A stretch of DNA of 64,000 bases from Candidatus Brocadiia bacterium. Lineage in GTDB: Bacteria > Planctomycetota > Brocadiia > SM23-32. The notes below the pieces were generated by a model. That model was not told the DNA's origin and did no database searches. It was given only the letters and a program-made list of their open reading frames with translations. Position 1 is the first letter of the stretch; every line of letters starts with the position of its first letter. Below, in pieces: positions 20,046 through 30,198 of the stretch. The position numbers and the translations under genes are program-made. The stretch is taken from the NCBI GenBank assembly GCA_046538485.1, contig JBKHIT010000004.1:64001-128000 (forward strand), read 5' to 3'.

Positions 20046-21110
20046 GTGAACCCGAAAGAACGTGTGCTCACCACTATTGCTCACGAGGAGCCTGACCGGG
20101 TTCCGATCGACTACTCGGCAAATCCGGGCATTGACGGCCGTTTGAAGGAGCATTTCGGGCTGGAACCTGACGACGCCGAAGGACTGCGTCAGGTTCTGAA
20201 TGTTGATTTTCGGTATGTTGGAGCCCCCTACGCCGGACCCGAGCTGCATCCACCTGTCGAAGGCCGCCGTATCAATATGTGGGGCGTACGCAAACGTTGG
20301 GTCGAACATGAAAGTGGCGGGTATTGGGATTACTGCGACTTTCCGCTGAAAAATGCAACACTGGAAGAGATCAAAGTCTGGCCCATGCCCTCGCCTGATG
20401 ATTTCGATTACAGCAACGTCAAAAATGCCTGTAAAGAATACAGCGATTATTGTGTGATGGTTGGTGGAGCCGGAACCGGCGATATCATCAATTCAACGGG
20501 TATGATCCGGACCATGCAGCAGGTCATGATTGATATCGCGCTGGAGTCGCCCGAGTTTTTCGCCTTCATTGATCGTAAGATTGACATTCAGATTGAAGTT
20601 CTTCGCAGGACAATCGAAGCCGCCGAGGGTGGAATCGACGTTCTTTTCATGGGAGAGGACCTTGGGACGCAAAAAGGACCCATGATCAGTCTGGAAATGT
20701 ACCGAAATATCTTCCGCCCGCGCCACCAGAAGTTCGTCGACCTTGCTAAGTCATTCGATCTGCCGGTCATGATCCACTCCTGCGGCTCATCCAGCTGGGC
20801 GTTCGACGATTTTATTGAGATGGGAATCGATGTCATCGACACCCTTCAGCCGGAGGCAGCGGATATGGAACCCGCCTATCTGAAAGAAACATACGGCGAT
20901 CGTCTTGCGTTCCACGGGATGATCTCGACCGCCGGTTCTGTGGCATTTGGCACGACGACGGATGTGCGGGAACACGTGAGAGAAACGCTTGAAATTATGA
21001 AACCCGCCGGAGGTTATTGCCTCGCCCCCACACACCAGCTTCAGGACAACTCCCCGACAGAAAATGTCGTAGAAATGTACGAAGCAGCGCGGGAATACGG
21101 GCAATACTGA
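20046..21110 (+). CDS. Uroporphyrinogen decarboxylase (URO-D) superfamily protein
   Basis: GTG start with RBS AAGAGG; MNPKERV...EPDRVP, GEDLGTQ, HSCG, GGYCLAPTHQLQ...ENV. Confidence 0.9.
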   Translation: MNPKERVLTTIAHEEPDRVPIDYSANPGIDGRLKEHFGLEPDDAEGLRQVLNVDFRYVGAPYAGPELHPPVEGRRINMWGVRKRWVEHESGGYWDYCDFPLKNATLEEIKVWPMPSPDDFDYSNVKNACKEYSDYCVMVGGAGTGDIINSTGMIRTMQQVMIDIALESPEFFAFIDRKIDIQIEVLRRTIEAAEGGIDVLFMGEDLGTQKGPMISLEMYRNIFRPRHQKFVDLAKSFDLPVMIHSCGSSSWAFDDFIEMGIDVIDTLQPEAADMEPAYLKETYGDRLAFHGMISTAGSVAFGTTTDVREHVRETLEIMKPAGGYCLAPTHQLQDNSPTENVVEMYEAAREYGQY

Positions 21111-21360
21111 AAAATACAAATTGCCCGTAGGTGTGCCAGGAGGCGCTTGTGTTGTATCAGTCTGCGTCCTTTGATAAAGTATTTGCGTCTGAGCACTTAG
21201 AGCGAGGGAGCACGTGGCCACAGCCAGGTCCTTCGGACTCCACCGGTTTTGAGCGGCCACTCTGGCATGCCGCCTGCTGGGCCAGCGCTCCCAAAGCCAA
21301 ACAGAGCCGGGAACGAAATACAAGGATCCACAACCACCTGATATTATCGGGAGACAAAGT

Positions 21361-21756
21361 ATGAAATTGGAGCACGTCGCCTTGAACGTCGACGATCCCG
21401 TCGCGATGGCAGAATGGTATGAACGCCACCTCGGCATGACGGTGGCAATGGGCATGGATGAGGAACCGTTCACGCATTTCCTGCGCGACAGCAACGGCAC
21501 AATGATGCTGGAAGTTTATAAGAATCCGCCCGACGAAGTGCCGAATTATAGGGATATGGACCCGCTTCTGCTGCATGTCGCGTTTGTTTCCGATGACCCG
21601 GAGACGGACAAAAACAGACTTGTGGAAGCGGGTGCTTGCCTGGTCAAAGACCAGCACCTTGACGACGGATCTCATATCGTACTGTTGCGCGATCCGTGGG
21701 GCCTCTGCATCCAGTTCTGTAAACGCGACACTCCCCTGCTCTCAGACAGCGAATAG
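21361..21756 (+). CDS. VOC/glyoxalase family protein
   Basis: LEHVALNVDDP, LHVAFVSDD, LRDPWGLCIQF; RBS GGAGA. Confidence 0.9.
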   Translation: MKLEHVALNVDDPVAMAEWYERHLGMTVAMGMDEEPFTHFLRDSNGTMMLEVYKNPPDEVPNYRDMDPLLLHVAFVSDDPETDKNRLVEAGACLVKDQHLDDGSHIVLLRDPWGLCIQFCKRDTPLLSDSE

Positions 21757-21791
21757 AAAGTTTCCTGCTGGCAAATTGTCAAGGCTTCCAT

Positions 21792-23123
21792 ATGACTTAT
21801 ATGACTCCAGTTGAGAGCCACCTGCATCGCCTCATAAAGGCGGCATCGGATATTGGCACGGATATGTGGCCGAGTGTGCTGGACGTGCGAACGGGGCGGT
21901 TTCCTGCGCAAGAACACGTGCCGTCCCGGACATATCGATTGATCGGCGCCCCTAATGGTAGCACCCTCTACTGGGACCAACCCCTTGTCGTCGCCGCTAC
22001 CAGATTGTCTCAGATTACCGGCAAATCCAAATACACCGCCGCGGCCGACCGGTATATTGAAGCATTTCTGGCGGAATGTGTGGCGGAAAACGGGATGTTC
22101 CGCTGGGGAAATCATCAGTACTATGATCTGCTTGAGAAGAAAGTCATTGAGTTTTCCGGAGGGCATCACGAAATACGCCCGATCACACCGGCCTGGGATT
22201 TCTTCTGGGAACACGATAGAGAGAAAACGGCTTCATATATCCGGGCCATGGCGCGCCGACACGTCTACGATCGCAAGACCGGTGGTTTCAACCGGCACGA
22301 TGACGGCAACAAAAGCCACGCTTTCCTGGAATCGGGTGGTATTCTGGTAGAATCTCTTGCCTGGCTTTTCAGTCGGACGCAAGACGAAGAGTTCCGCGAT
22401 CTGGCGCTACGGATCGCACTTTACAGTTACAAGCATCGCGATCCGTCAACGGGCCTGGTTGTCAATGAACCGGATACTCAAAGATGGGATTCTGAGGTAT
22501 CGACCACCGAGGTCGGGCTCTGGGCGCGGTGTCTTTTACAAGCAGCTGAATATGCCGAAGACGACGAGTTCGCCGAAATGGCCACCACTGCCACAAAGAG
22601 CTACCTTGAAAACGGGTACGACAGAGGTAAAAACAGATATTTTGGCCAGCTAAAGGTCGATACGGGTGAACCCGTTCTCCCCAATGGAACGGGATACTGG
22701 CCGCGGAAATACTCTGATCCCTGGAACACCGACCAGTGGCCGACGCATGATTACCCGATGCCACTGGCTGAAACATGTCTTATTTTGCACGAGCGGACCG
22801 AGGACGCGATATTCCCGGAAGCCGCGCATCGCTGGGCCCGCATAGTCATCGAGACCTCCCCCGAAAAGACCGGAAAATGGGCCTATGCAGAGAATTACGG
22901 GCGTTCTATTCGCTTTTTGACACGCGCAGCGTTGCAACTCGGCGAAGACCGTTACATGTGTTCGGCCTCAACACTGGCCGACCAGGCTGTCCAAAACCTC
23001 TACGAAAATGGCATGTTCAAAGGTGAACCGAACGGGCATTTCTATGAATCGGTGGACGGCGTGGGTTTTCTTGTTCTTGGGCTAATTCTACTTGAGACGG
23101 GAGGGCAACCCGATGGAATTTGA
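21792..23123 (+). CDS. Alpha/alpha-barrel protein resembling polysaccharide lyase family 2
   Basis: 443 aa; motifs GMFRWGNHQYYDL, HEIRP, GGFNRH are similar to PL2 pectate-lyase-type proteins; no signal peptide. Confidence 0.55.
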   Translation: MTYMTPVESHLHRLIKAASDIGTDMWPSVLDVRTGRFPAQEHVPSRTYRLIGAPNGSTLYWDQPLVVAATRLSQITGKSKYTAAADRYIEAFLAECVAENGMFRWGNHQYYDLLEKKVIEFSGGHHEIRPITPAWDFFWEHDREKTASYIRAMARRHVYDRKTGGFNRHDDGNKSHAFLESGGILVESLAWLFSRTQDEEFRDLALRIALYSYKHRDPSTGLVVNEPDTQRWDSEVSTTEVGLWARCLLQAAEYAEDDEFAEMATTATKSYLENGYDRGKNRYFGQLKVDTGEPVLPNGTGYWPRKYSDPWNTDQWPTHDYPMPLAETCLILHERTEDAIFPEAAHRWARIVIETSPEKTGKWAYAENYGRSIRFLTRAALQLGEDRYMCSASTLADQAVQNLYENGMFKGEPNGHFYESVDGVGFLVLGLILLETGGQPDGI

Positions 23124-23397
23124 GCCCGTATCTTACGACCATGCCGCCGGCTTGACCGGGGAACGGCCCGGGGATGTTTCCAGAGACGCAGAGCTCCTGG
23201 CGGCAGCTCACCTGACAGTTTTGGAGAACTATGACTACGACATCGCTGTGGTCGGCTTGTACATTTACAATGTTGAAGCAGAGATATATGGCTGCGAGAT
23301 CAGCGATCCCGGAGGCAACGAAGTCCCGTCCGCCGGCGCCCTGCCCCTGAACGACGTTAGAGATATACTACCCCTGGACCTTGATCCGGCCCCATGA
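23113..23397 (+). pseudogene. Truncated URO-D/MtaA-CmuA-like protein, N-terminal 94 aa only
   Basis: FEPVSYDHAAGLTG...VSRDAELLAAAH...VVGLYIYNVEAEIYGC resembles the N-terminus of this family (about 330 aa expected); overlaps the upstream stop by 11 nt; AT-rich DNA follows. Confidence 0.7.
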
Positions 23398-23570
23398 AAC
23401 AGGTAATTTATTTTGCAGCCTTATCGGGAATGAGGACCGATTTTTTAAACCACAAAATATAATTGGTATAGCAGGAGAAATGCGGGCATGAAAAATTACA
23501 GCCAAACAATCCAACCCATACCGCAAACCTGTTGGGTGAGGGGCTTCAATAATCCTGAAAGGGAGGTCAA

Positions 23571-23723
23571 ATGAGCATTACCAGGTTCGAGGATAGTCTT
23601 CTCGGGAAGTTGTTGTACAAACACAAGCTAGGGTGTATGCTGCCATTTTTCCTCTTCCTTTTTGCTATTCTGGCATATTTCGTGTGGAGAAACTGGGACT
23701 CTATTCTCGAATATTTCGGATAG
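23571..23723 (+). CDS. Small (50 aa) single-pass membrane protein
   Basis: RBS AGGGAGGT 3 nt before ATG; MSITRFEDSLLGKLLYKHKLGCMLPFFLFLFAILAYFVWRNWDSILEYFG; below the ORF-track cutoff. Confidence 0.55.
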   Translation: MSITRFEDSLLGKLLYKHKLGCMLPFFLFLFAILAYFVWRNWDSILEYFG

Positions 23724-23795
23724 CGCAAGTCCTTGCAATCAGGCTGAAGCAATCCACCAAGCCCGCTCTTCAAAACCCCTTTACAGGAGACCAAA

Positions 23796-25763
23796 GTGCC
23801 CAAAGCAGGCAGAGCCGCAGACGATGTCCCCCTGATCCCGCGCGAAGTCCTTTTTGGCAACCCCGATCGCACCCAACCCAAGATCAGTCCCGATGGGAAG
23901 TGGCTGGCATGGCTTGCCCCCGATGAAGGAGTCCTGAACGTCTGGCTCGCACCCGCCGATGATCCCGACGCGGCCGAGCCAATCACAGAGGACCGCGACC
24001 GCGGCATACGCATGTTCACCTGGCCGCATACCGGCGACCATATACTCTACATCCAGGACCAGGATGGCGATGAGAACTGGCGGATTTACGCCACTGATAT
24101 CGAAAGCAAAGAAACGCGAGATCTCACTCCGTTCGATGATGTGCAGGCCAGGTTCCAGAAGATCAGCCCGCGTTACTCGGATGAGATTCTAATCGGACTC
24201 AATAATCGCGATCCGCGTTACCACGACATCCACAAATTGAACGTCCGGTCAGGCGAATTAGAACTTGTTCAAGAAAACCCGGAGTTTGCGGGATTTATCG
24301 TTGACGATGATTTTGCGGTACGTTTCGCTGTCCGCCAGACCGACGACGGTGGGAAACAGTTCTTGAAACCCGATCAGGATGGCGGCTGGGAGCGTTTCCT
24401 GGACATCTCCATGGAAGATGCGCTTAATACCGGCATCCGCGGTTTCAACAAAGCGGGCGACATCATCTACATGAGCGACAGTCGAGACCGAAACACCTCT
24501 GCCCTGATTGAAATGGATCTTTCTGACCGTTCGACATGCCTTATCGCCGAAGATGAAGGGGTTGACGCCGGATCTCTGATGACCCATCCCACCGAGAAAT
24601 ATCCTCAGGCCGCTTCTTTCACCTACCTGCGCCGTCAATGGGAAGTGCTGAACGAGGAGGTGCAAAATGATTTCGATTACCTCCAGGAACTTGAAGATGG
24701 TGATTTCGCTGTGGGGAGCCGCACGCTCGATGACCGGCGCTGGGTCGTATGCTATTGGCGCGATCTCGGGCCGACCCGGTATTATCTCTTCGACCGGCAA
24801 GCCAAAGAAGCCCGCTTCCTGTTCGCAAGCAAGGACGATCTCCAGGATGCTCCGCTTGTTCCCATGCACCCCGTCGTGATCGAATCCCGCGACGGACTCG
24901 ACCTCGTCAGTTACTACAGTCTTCCGCCCGGAACCGATCCAGACGAGGACGGGATTCCTGGAGAACCTCTTCCCATGGTTCTCAACGTTCACGGCGGTCC
25001 CTGGGGACGAAATGGCTGGGGCTTAAACAGCACACACCAATGGCTCGCAAACCGGGGATACGCCGTCCTCAGCGTCAATTTCCGGGGTTCCACAGGTTTT
25101 GGCAAAGATTTCATAAACGCTGGCAACAAAGAATGGGCCGGCAAGATGCACGACGACCTCATAGACGCCGTCCGATGGGCCTGGGAGGAAGGGATCGCCG
25201 ATCCCGAACTCACGGCCATCATGGGGGCAAGCTATGGTGGTTACGCCACGCTCGTAGGTATGACGTTTACGCCCGAAACATTCGCTTGCGGGGTTGATAT
25301 TGTTGGACCGTCAAACCTCACGACGCTTCTTGAGAGCATCCCACCCTACTGGGAACCCATGAGAGCCACTTTCAGCGCCCGCGTGGGCAACCCGGAAACT
25401 GAAGAAGGCCGAAAGTTGTTAAAAGACCGGTCCCCTCTCCATCGGGCCGAAAAGATCTGCCGTCCCCTGCTGATCGGCCAGGGAGCCAATGATCCGCGCG
25501 TCAAACGGGCAGAATCGGACCAGATCGTCGAGGCCATGAAAGAAAACGATATCCCCGTCACCTACCTCCTGTATACGGATGAAGGCCATGGGTTTGCGCG
25601 ACCGGAAAACCGCATGTCGTTCTTCGCCGTGGCTGAAGCATTCCTGGCCGAGCAACTGGGAGGCCGTTTTCAAGAGATCGGTGACGATCTGGAAGGTTCA
25701 TCATTGAAAGCTCTGACCGGTGCGGAATGCGTCCCGGGACTTGCGGAGAAAGTCCAGCGGTGA
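23796..25763 (+). CDS. S9 family peptidase (dipeptidyl aminopeptidase/acylaminoacyl peptidase)
   Basis: GTG start with RBS CAGGAG; PLIPREVLFGNP, VHGGPW, GASYGGY, GANDPRV, DEGHGF catalytic triad. Confidence 0.95.
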   Translation: MPKAGRAADDVPLIPREVLFGNPDRTQPKISPDGKWLAWLAPDEGVLNVWLAPADDPDAAEPITEDRDRGIRMFTWPHTGDHILYIQDQDGDENWRIYATDIESKETRDLTPFDDVQARFQKISPRYSDEILIGLNNRDPRYHDIHKLNVRSGELELVQENPEFAGFIVDDDFAVRFAVRQTDDGGKQFLKPDQDGGWERFLDISMEDALNTGIRGFNKAGDIIYMSDSRDRNTSALIEMDLSDRSTCLIAEDEGVDAGSLMTHPTEKYPQAASFTYLRRQWEVLNEEVQNDFDYLQELEDGDFAVGSRTLDDRRWVVCYWRDLGPTRYYLFDRQAKEARFLFASKDDLQDAPLVPMHPVVIESRDGLDLVSYYSLPPGTDPDEDGIPGEPLPMVLNVHGGPWGRNGWGLNSTHQWLANRGYAVLSVNFRGSTGFGKDFINAGNKEWAGKMHDDLIDAVRWAWEEGIADPELTAIMGASYGGYATLVGMTFTPETFACGVDIVGPSNLTTLLESIPPYWEPMRATFSARVGNPETEEGRKLLKDRSPLHRAEKICRPLLIGQGANDPRVKRAESDQIVEAMKENDIPVTYLLYTDEGHGFARPENRMSFFAVAEAFLAEQLGGRFQEIGDDLEGSSLKALTGAECVPGLAEKVQR

Positions 25764-25804
25764 GCGGACTGGACTTCAGCCCGAGGCTGGAGTTCAGAAC
25801 GCGG
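25762..25804 (+). repeat. REP-like family A, copy 4 (overlaps the S9 stop codon)
   Basis: GAGCGGACTGGACTTCAGCCCGAGGCTGGAGTTCAGAACGCGG. Confidence 0.85.
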
Positions 25805-26356
25805 CAAAAGTTTCCGGGGATGGGATACGGGCGCACAGAACCTTTGGGATGCAGGCTATATAAAACGGCGCATGCCGTTTAGGAGTAAGGACTTACGAAA
25901 ACAAGAAGTGTTCACAACGTCCGACCAGTGCTACTGTGCCGGAAGATGTGTGTATCTTCCTTGTGAAAAAGCAGTTAAAGCCAATCGTTTCTCAACGTAG
26001 CGTTCGCCTCGTTGCTGATAAGGGATTTTAAGTTGTCAGATTTATGCGCCGTTTTGTTTAGCCCGGATTTTTGGCTGAGAAGGGTTGTGAACGGTGTTCA
26101 ATAAAGATTCTACCCTGATTCGGCAAGAATGGCTTCCAGTTATCCGTAAAATCCGGGCCAGACTCGATCTGGATTTCAACCACAGTGTCGTTTCCATCAT
26201 CCTATATTCCGTCTCCTGACGGACATCTACTGACATTCGCTCGTATCAAAAATCGCGCAGAAAATGGCTGTCCGAAAAGGTTATTCGAATGCAAGGCCTG
26301 CCGCCCAACTTTATAATAGCCGTGGACCAAACATTTGGCCGGCGTGATTTCAAATA

Positions 26357-26611
26357 TTGCCAGAACACGGAGGCAACGCCATCGACAAACAGAACACATC
26401 AAAACAGAATGAACAGAGCAAGGGAGAGAAAGAAGATCAGGAGAAACAGGACGTTCCTGAAGCCGCTCCGACAGACCTGGGGCGCCACCTCAACCTGTTA
26501 ATTGCGATTCTCGGGGTGGTGGTACTGGCGTGGATCGTAAAGGTTGCCCATACCCGCATCGATCAGAACCTGGACCTCTCCAACTCCCCCATCGCCAATA
26601 CTGCTCCCTGA
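26357..26611 (+). CDS. Hypothetical small membrane protein
   Basis: Charged N-terminus plus one TM helix (LNLLIAILGVVVLAWIV). Start uncertain: TTG 26357, or a GGAGG followed by an in-frame ATC. Confidence 0.4.
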   Translation: MPEHGGNAIDKQNTSKQNEQSKGEKEDQEKQDVPEAAPTDLGRHLNLLIAILGVVVLAWIVKVAHTRIDQNLDLSNSPIANTAP

Positions 26612-26620
26612 GCGGTCCCG

Positions 26621-26872
26621 TCACCATTGCGGAAGTAGGTCCGAATCGTCCGGACGGAACTGGTCCCACAACCTTTTGAATCGGCTCTGGTAGATCATCT
26701 GGAACAAATCGTCAGAGTCCTCAAAATTCCGGTCGGCCCAGTCTCTGAGTTTGCGGATCTCGATTGCCACGTCAACGGCCGGATAATCGCAGCTGATTAT
26801 CAGATCGGCGATGTGATCGGCACGCCGTTGCAGTTCCCGAATTGTCTCATCTTTTCCGCGTTCCCGTAACAT
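26621..26872 (-). CDS. Small helical hypothetical protein divergent from lexA
   Basis: RBS AAAGGGGA; MLRERGKDETIRELQRRADHIADLIISCDYPAVDVAIEIRKLR...LFQMIYQSRFKRLWDQFR (83 aa). Confidence 0.75.
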   Translation of the reverse strand: MLRERGKDETIRELQRRADHIADLIISCDYPAVDVAIEIRKLRDWADRNFEDSDDLFQMIYQSRFKRLWDQFRPDDSDLLPQW

Positions 26873-26920
26873 TGTCAATTGTCCCTTTACGCGCCTTTTG
26901 GCGCATCTGACGAATTTCAT

Positions 26921-26951
26921 TTGCCCCACCTGTGCATATGTTTAGTATAAT
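26921..26951 (+). promoter_or_regulatory. lexA promoter with overlapping candidate operator
   Basis: TTGCCC...TATAAT 9 nt before ATG with no RBS; imperfect palindrome CTGTGCATATGTTTAG at 26930-26945. Confidence 0.45.
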
Positions 26952-26960
26952 ACTTTTGAT

Positions 26961-27566
26961 ATGACTGAGAAACTTACAGAGCGCCAGCGAGAAGTTTTTG
27001 ATTTCATCCGCAGCCGCTTTCGTGCCGAGAGCCGGCCTCCGACCGTCCGGGAAATCGCCGACCATTTTGGTTTTGCCAGCCCCAAAGCCGCCACCGATCA
27101 TCTGGACGCCCTGGAGAAAAAAGGGTTCATCCTGAGGCGGAACCGCAAAGCCCGAAATATAGAACTCCCCGAAGAATTCGCTCCCCAGGGGATTCCTGTC
27201 CTCGGACGCATCGCTGCGGGGTCGCCAACGCTGGCCGTGGAAAATCTCAGCGGTGCCCTATCGCTTACCGACCTCTTTGAAGCCAATTCATCCACCTTCG
27301 CGCTTCAGGTACAGGGCGATAGCATGACAGGAGCGGGCATCTTCGACGGCGATTATGTCATCGTCCAGAACGATGAAACAGTTAAAGATGGCATGATCGC
27401 AGCCGTTTCACTCGATGACGAAGCTACCGTTAAAAGGATCAAATTCGATCAGCAGAAACTACGTTTGCAACCAGAGAACCCGGATTTTGATGAGATCGTC
27501 GTGAAGAAAAATGGTTCAGAAGTACAACTCTACGGACCGGTGGTCGGTGTCATCCGGAAATTGTAG
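26961..27566 (+). CDS. lexA: SOS transcriptional repressor LexA
   Basis: LTERQREV, PPTVREIADHFG wHTH; RIAAG cleavage site; VQGDSM Ser and ATVKR Lys catalytic dyad. Confidence 0.96.
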   Translation: MTEKLTERQREVFDFIRSRFRAESRPPTVREIADHFGFASPKAATDHLDALEKKGFILRRNRKARNIELPEEFAPQGIPVLGRIAAGSPTLAVENLSGALSLTDLFEANSSTFALQVQGDSMTGAGIFDGDYVIVQNDETVKDGMIAAVSLDDEATVKRIKFDQQKLRLQPENPDFDEIVVKKNGSEVQLYGPVVGVIRKL

Positions 27567-27647
27567 TGATCTTTTGCAAACTCGGACGATAACACTTTAT
27601 CAAATTTCGGGGGGAGTTGGAACAGCCGGTCTTCCGCTTTTATTATG

Positions 27648-30155
27648 TCATTCGCTGGAGCCGGCAGCGGCTGCCTCACGGGGTTTCAGAGTCTGATCAT
27701 TGCTCTCCCGGAGTGCAACCGAAAGCACGTCGGACATTGTTTCAGCAAACACAAAATCAAGGCTTTCGCGGGCGTATTCCGGAATATCCCGCAAATCTTT
27801 CTCGTTTTTCTTTGGCAGAACCAGAGTTTCGATACCGGCAGTTTTGGCGGCGATGGCCTTCTCCTTGATTCCCCCCACTGGCAGAACCTTCCCCCGCAGG
27901 GTGATCTCACCCGTCATGGCCACGTCGTAACGAACCAATCTCTCCATGCACAATGACAGCAATGCTGTCGCCATGGTAATACCGGCCGAGGGACCGTCCT
28001 TGGGTATAGCGCCGGCCGGTACGTGTATATGGAAATCATGTTTCTTGAAAATCTCCGGGTCGATATCAAGTTCATCACAATGTGATTTGGCATAGGTAAG
28101 TGCAGCGTGGGCACTTTCTTTCATCACATCTCCGAGTTGTCCCGTGAGAGTGTAATTGCCCTCACCGGGAATCCGGGACGCTTCCACAAAAATGACCGTT
28201 CCCCCCGTCGCAGTCCAGGCCACTCCGGTTGCCACGCCTGGCTCATCCACCCGTTCGGCAACTTCGGGGATGTATTGAGGCGGCCCCAGCATATCCTCAA
28301 CCGTTTTTTCACCGACTTTCTGGCTTTTTGCTTCCTCTTTCACAACCTTAACCGCGACCTTACGGCAGAGCGACGCGATTTCACGCTCGAGATTACGCAC
28401 CCCGGCTTCGCGTGTGTATTCCGAGATTACCCGATTGAGGGCCTCTTCGGAAATCTCGATGTTATCTTCTGTCAACCCGTGGGCTTCAATCTGTTTAGGG
28501 ACGAGGTATTTCAGCGCAATTTGCAGTTTTTCCTCTTCTGTATACCCCGGGAACTCCAGGATTTCCATCCGATCCCGAAGGGCCGGCGGGATAGTATCGG
28601 GTACATTGGCCGTGCAGATGAACATCACTTTGGAGAGATCGAAGGACAAATCGAGATAATGATCGACGTATTCGTCGTTCTGTTCGGGATCAAGCGCTTC
28701 GAGCAACGCACTGGCAGGATCGCCCCGGAAATCTGCGCCGAGTTTGTCGACTTCATCCAACATAAAAACCGGATTATTTGAACCCGCCTTTTTCATGCCG
28801 AGGATGATCTGTCCGGGAAGTGCGCCGACGTAAGTTCGGCGATGCCCTCGGATCTCTGCCTCATCGTGAACTCCTCCCAGCGAAGATCGCACGTATTCTC
28901 TCCCGAGCGCACGGGCGATAGATTTGCCGATGGAGGTTTTCCCGGTCCCCGGGGGGCCTAAGAAACACATGATAGAACCGCGCATATCCTCACGCAGTTT
29001 GCGCACCGCGAGAAATTCCAGCACCCTCTCTTTAACATCCTCCAGTCCAAAGTGATCCTCATCGAGCACGTCTCGGGCTTTTTGAAGATCGAGTTTATCC
29101 GGAGTGCTCTGGAGCCAGGGGAGTTCCAGAATCCAATCGAGATAAGTACGCACGACACTGTATTCGGGGCTTGCGGGATTAATCGCTTCCAGACGTCCCA
29201 GTTCGTGTTCGGCAGTCTCTTGAGCCTCTTGGGGAAGTTTTTTCTCCTCCAGTTGCTCACGAATTTCCTCCACCTGAGCCCCTGGTCCTTTTCCTTCACC
29301 CAACTCATCCTGAATCGCTTTCATTTGTTGGCGGAGCCAGTATTCGCGCTGCGATTCGTCCATTTTATCACGCGCTTCCGACTGTATTTTTTGTGCTATA
29401 CCAAGGTATTCCATTTCCTGAGCGAGCAACACACCGACCCGTTCGAGTCGTTCTCTGGGATCCAGTATCTCAAGAACTTCCTGTTTCTCCGTCAGCGATA
29501 TATCGAGGTTAGCGGCAACAAGATCGGCCAGCCGACCTCCGTTTTCAATCTCATTGAGAAGGGTAACGATATCGTCACCGGTATTGGGCATCATATCGAC
29601 GAATTCCACGAACTGCTCGCGAATATTTCGCATCAGCGCTTCTACAGCCGCGCTCTCCGATTCTTCTTCCGAAATATGGTCCACCTCGGCCACATAGTGG
29701 TCGTTAGCCTGGGACATACTCTGGATTTTGCTTCTCTGGAGCCCCTGGGCGAGGAATCGAAGGGAATCATCCGGCATTCGCACCATCTGGACAATCGCAC
29801 AGGTTGTCCCCATTTCGAACAGATCCCCCGGAGAATCCACGCTATCGGATTCTTCGCGCACGCTAACTGCAAGGAATAGTTTATCGCCAACAACCACCTG
29901 TTCGACAATTTCTTGCAGATCTTCTCGTTCCACATGGGCCGGGACAGCCATCCCCGGGAAAATAACATTCCCGAACTGAGGCAGAACCGGCAGTTCCTCG
30001 GGCAATTCATTCTCATCCAGCTCCTCTCCGACTGGAGAGCCGTCTCCTTCTGATTCTTCCGGACTGAGGGAGAGTTCCCGTATCTGCATTTCCGCGGTTT
30101 CTGAACTCTCTTGCTCAGGAGCGCTTTCTTCGTTGTTCTCTGTTTCTTCGGTCAC
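27648..30155 (-). CDS. lon: ATP-dependent protease La (Lon)
   Basis: GPPGTGKTS Walker [37 protein letters not shown] start with RBS AGAGGT. Confidence 0.97.
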   Translation of the reverse strand: MTEETENNEESAPEQESSETAEMQIRELSLSPEESEGDGSPVGEELDENELPEELPVLPQFGNVIFPGMAVPAHVEREDLQEIVEQVVVGDKLFLAVSVREESDSVDSPGDLFEMGTTCAIVQMVRMPDDSLRFLAQGLQRSKIQSMSQANDHYVAEVDHISEEESESAAVEALMRNIREQFVEFVDMMPNTGDDIVTLLNEIENGGRLADLVAANLDISLTEKQEVLEILDPRERLERVGVLLAQEMEYLGIAQKIQSEARDKMDESQREYWLRQQMKAIQDELGEGKGPGAQVEEIREQLEEKKLPQEAQETAEHELGRLEAINPASPEYSVVRTYLDWILELPWLQSTPDKLDLQKARDVLDEDHFGLEDVKERVLEFLAVRKLREDMRGSIMCFLGPPGTGKTSIGKSIARALGREYVRSSLGGVHDEAEIRGHRRTYVGALPGQIILGMKKAGSNNPVFMLDEVDKLGADFRGDPASALLEALDPEQNDEYVDHYLDLSFDLSKVMFICTANVPDTIPPALRDRMEILEFPGYTEEEKLQIALKYLVPKQIEAHGLTEDNIEISEEALNRVISEYTREAGVRNLEREIASLCRKVAVKVVKEEAKSQKVGEKTVEDMLGPPQYIPEVAERVDEPGVATGVAWTATGGTVIFVEASRIPGEGNYTLTGQLGDVMKESAHAALTYAKSHCDELDIDPEIFKKHDFHIHVPAGAIPKDGPSAGITMATALLSLCMERLVRYDVAMTGEITLRGKVLPVGGIKEKAIAAKTAGIETLVLPKKNEKDLRDIPEYARESLDFVFAETMSDVLSVALRESNDQTLKPREAAAAGSSE

Positions 30156-30198
30156 GGGATTGCACCTCTATGTTGTCAATCTGGGGTCTTGTGGTAGA

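Noticed and set aside
23571..23594. Four-helix-bundle (23S rRNA intervening-sequence protein-like) gene suggested by MSITRFED
   Set aside because: Similarity ends after 8 residues; the rest is a TM helix.
9724..25804. Integrative element at tRNA-Gly
   Set aside because: Accessory content follows the tRNA, but I found no integrase and no convincing duplication of the tRNA 3' end (only a 9-nt match near 15730).
26060..26402. Possible minus-strand gene remnant reading through TAG at 26202 (DDGNDTVVEIQIESGPDF...)
   Set aside because: No recognisable family motif; cannot be told apart from chance.
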